A DNA stretch of 64,000 nt, taken from NCBI GenBank assembly GCA_963817895.1, contig CAWFQB010000011.1:256001-320000 (forward strand), read 5' to 3'. Positions within the stretch are counted from its first letter, which is position 1. Every line of letters starts with the position of its first letter. This document shows, piece after piece, positions 60,998-64,000 of the stretch. The stretch is from an uncultured Chthonomonadaceae bacterium. GTDB lineage: Bacteria; Armatimonadota; Chthonomonadetes; Chthonomonadales; Chthonomonadaceae. The translations under genes were made by a program, and so were the position numbers. The notes beneath the pieces were generated by a model. The model saw only the letters and a list, made by a program, of their open reading frames with translations, was not told the DNA's origin and searched no databases.

Positions 60998-61883
60998 ATG
61001 GTGAAAGCCATTCGCCTGAAGTCAGTCGCCCAAAAATCTATTTGTTTTCGCCGCGCTGGTGTTTGCCGGAAAATTGTTCGATTTGCGGATGCTTGCGCTG
61101 ACAATCGCCGCTTTCGTCTTGTTTACCCTGGCGGCGGGCAGCATGTATCTGCTCAACGACATTCTGGATGTGGAGCAGGATCAGGCGGCATCCCACCAAA
61201 TGCAAGCGTCCCATTGCGTCCGGCGCATTGCCTGTGGGCGTCGCGTGGGCAGAGTTCGCGGTTCTGGCGATCGGAAGTTTGAGCGCGGCGTTCTGCGCTG
61301 CGCCCCGGCTTTGGTTTTGTCCTGTTGGGCTACGTCGTTCTGCAAATCGCGTACTGCCTGAAGCTCAAACACATTGTTTTGATTGACGTGTTTACCATTG
61401 CCATCGGCTTCGTGCTGCGGGCGGTTGCGGGCGCGCTGGTTATCAACGTCAGTTTTTCCCACTGGCTGTTGCTGTGTACCCTGCAACTGGCGCTGTTTTT
61501 AGGGTTCGGCAAGCGCCGTCAGGAGATTGATTCTGCTTGGCGAGGGCGCGGGACAGCACCGCGCCAATCTGGACGAGTACAGCAAGCCCCTGCTGGATCA
61601 GATCATCAACATCGTGGTCGGCGTTACTATTGTCTGCTACTCCGTTTACAGCGTAGAATCCGAAACGGCTCATCTGCACCCGCATTTATGGGTCACGGTT
61701 CCCATTGTGATTTACGCGCTGTTCCGCTACATGTACCTTGTCTATCAGAAGGGTTGGGGCGGCGCGCCGGACGAAGTGCTGAAAAAAGACCGCGTTTTGC
61801 AGGCGACGATCGTAGTCTGGTTTCTGGTCGTGATGCTGATTTTCAAGTTCGATACGGGAATATGGTCGGCGATACAACGATAA
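60998..61883 (+). CDS. UbiA-family polyprenyl-phosphate phosphoribosyltransferase (several frameshifts; start approximate)
   Basis: KNLFVF, YLLNDILD..D, KRPIASG, LKHIVLIDV, GFVLRAVAGA, LFLGFGKRRQE, FRYMYL. Confidence 0.8.
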
Positions 61884-61899
61884 GGAATCAATAGATATT

Positions 61900-62791
61900 A
61901 TGCGCGTACTGGTAACAGGGGCGAATGGCATGTTGGGCACGGACTTGTGCGCCATGCTGGAAGCGGGCGGGCATGAGGCGATTCGCACGGATGTCGGGGC
62001 GCGCGAGAACGTGCCTGCCGACTCGTGGGAAGCATTTGGATATTACCAATCCACAGAATGTGGCGGACGTGATTTTGAAGCATCAGCCGGATGCCGTCGT
62101 CCATACCGCCGCGTATACGGACGTGGACGGCTGTGAACGCAACCCGGACCGCGCCTATCTGCTCAACGCGCAGGGAACCTGGAACGTGGCGGCTGTGTGC
62201 GGGGCGCACAATATCGCGCTCGCGTATGTCAGCACGGATTTTGTGTTCGACGGCACGAAAACCACGCCGTACACGGAGTTTGATATGGTCAATCCCCTCA
62301 GTCACTATGGCGCGTCGAAACTGGCCGGGGAAAAACTCGTCGCGCAGTTATGCCGCAAGCACTACATCATTCGAACGCAATGGCTGTACGGCATTCACGG
62401 CAAATGTTTTCCCTCCACCATGCTCAATCTCGCCCAGACCCGCAAGGATTTGAATGTCGTGTTGGATCAAATCGGCAGCCCGACGCACACGGTTGATCTC
62501 GCCCGAACCATTATCATGCTGCTGCACACGCCCATGTACGGAACGTATCACGTCGCCAATGCGGGGCAGTGTTCCTGGGCGGAACTGGCGCAGCGCACAT
62601 TTGAACTCGCGGGCGTCACGCATGTCACAGTTCATCCCGTTCCTGCCAGCGAGTATCCCTCCCCCACCCGACGCCCCGCATACTCCGTGATGCGCCGCTA
62701 CGCTCTGGAACTGCAAGGCCGCGACAATCTTCCGCCCTGGCAGCAATCTCTCGCCGAATTTATCGCCCTGAAAAAGCAGCAAGCCTCCTGA
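61900..62791 (+). CDS. rfbD: dTDP-4-dehydrorhamnose reductase (frameshift near 62025)
   Basis: VTGANGMLG, AAYTDVD, STDFVFDG, YGASKLAGE, DQIGSPT, RPAYS. Confidence 0.93.
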
Positions 62792-62891
62792 ATTCAGATC
62801 ATCTATGTTGTACATCGTAGATCGTAGCATGGGTAACGTATCTGGCTTGTATGCCGTCTAAAGCGCAATTCCTTTCGCTGGAGATACGACG

Positions 62892-64000
62892 ATGCGCCGA
62901 TCAGACGTTCGCTTGCTTCGCTTCACTTGTTCGGGCCGATTTTGGCTCGTGGGCGCGTGTGGGTTACTTTTCATGCCACTCACACCGAAAAACGTTGTTG
63001 CGCAATCCCCGGTTCCAGTCCCACCCGCCGATGTCTTTGCGCAGGACGCCCGGATGCAGCAGAATGTGAAGGTACGCGCGCCGGGGTTGGCGGTCAAAGA
63101 TTTGCTGGCGCGATTGTCGCAGGCTGCGGGCGTGAAACTAACCGCCGATAAACTCACTGCCGAAGACAAAGTAGTTGTGTTCAGCCCCGCGCGGCCTTTG
63201 CAGGCAACGCTTGGGGATATTGCCGCTTTGTTCAATGACTACTGGCGGCGAGAAAACGGAAGTGACGGCAAGCCGCGCTACCTTCTCACCCGTAATCCCC
63301 GCGCGGTTTCTCTGGAAGAGAACTCTCCTCAATGCGTCAAGGCATCGCCTGATAACACAACTTGAGGCGCAGGTGCGCGCATTGTCGGAAACGCCGGAAC
63401 AACTGGCGCAACGGCCTGCCAACGACTCTATCCGCAAAAACCTGTCCATTGCCGAAAATCGGGCGGCCACACAGGTTTACGCCGCGCTTGCTCCCGAACA
63501 GCGGGAGGCGTTGTTTTCCCGGCGGTATCTGAACTTTGCCGCGAGCGCCATCAATCCGCAAATGCGTGAGCCGATTGGCAATGTTTACGAGGTAAGCCTG
63601 CGCTTTGCCGCGCGGTTTCAGCAGCCGGGAGATGGGTCGCCAAAGGAAACCGTTGAGGATTACGCGCGGCGTGGCGTTCAGTTTGCCATACACACCAGCG
63701 GCGGGCATGTGATTCCCGCCGTTCAGGTGTACGGCAAAGGCACGATGCACGCCGCGCTGTTCGCGGAACTCGACGCCCGCAAACAATGGATACTGCCCGC
63801 ACATGGCAATCCCTACGCGCAAACGCCCTCGCCTGTAATGACATTGCTTCCTGATGCTGAACACACAGGGAAAGCGCAATCGGAAAAACAGTGGGTTGAC
63901 CGCCTGCGCAAACTGGCCGACGTATCCGGCAAGCCGATCCTTGCGGATTTTTACCGCAGTCAGGCCGTCAATGCGCTTCCTCCGACGGAACAGGAAGAAA
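62892..64000 (+). CDS. Exported hypothetical protein with STN-like N-terminus (frameshift near 63325; runs off window)
   Basis: Signal peptide; DARMQQNVKV...VKDLLARLSQAAGVKL; downstream frame open to 64000. Confidence 0.55.

Overview
A GC-rich bacterial chromosomal window with no rRNA, tRNA, CRISPR array, integrase or transposase. The lineage is probably Armatimonadota. This is an inference from four DUF1559/prepilin-type genes with the [25 protein letters not shown](Q/R)ARE signature, a PEP-CTERM protein and STN-like exported proteins. Gene content: two ECF sigma/anti-sigma cassettes; pyrG; a 7TM-HD-ybeY-dgkA-CBS/CorC operon; a redoxin/cytochrome c/copper-monooxygenase fusion; a split chromate transporter; two GHMP sugar kinases, one of them plant-glucuronokinase-like; rex-sirC-hemA-ccsA; SurA-like/rsmI; and a sigma54-preceded surface-glycan cluster (priming GT, galE, rmlACBD, RfaE-II-like, UbiA-like). 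About 14 genes are split by small frameshifts that look like long-read errors. The most striking signal is non-coding. At least nine elements consist of inverted arrays of 7-8-bp tandem units. They use at least eight different unit sequences, always with a G-rich arm first and a C-rich arm second, and typically span from a stop codon to the next RBS. Two such arrays are read in frame inside proteins: one supplies a predicted signal peptide and one forms the HemA tail. Other non-coding features: REP-like doublets, a 102-bp MITE carrying a REP unit, PhoP/PhoB-type 11-bp-period boxes in front of two DUF1559 genes, and a GGGC-initiated terminator leader upstream of pyrG.
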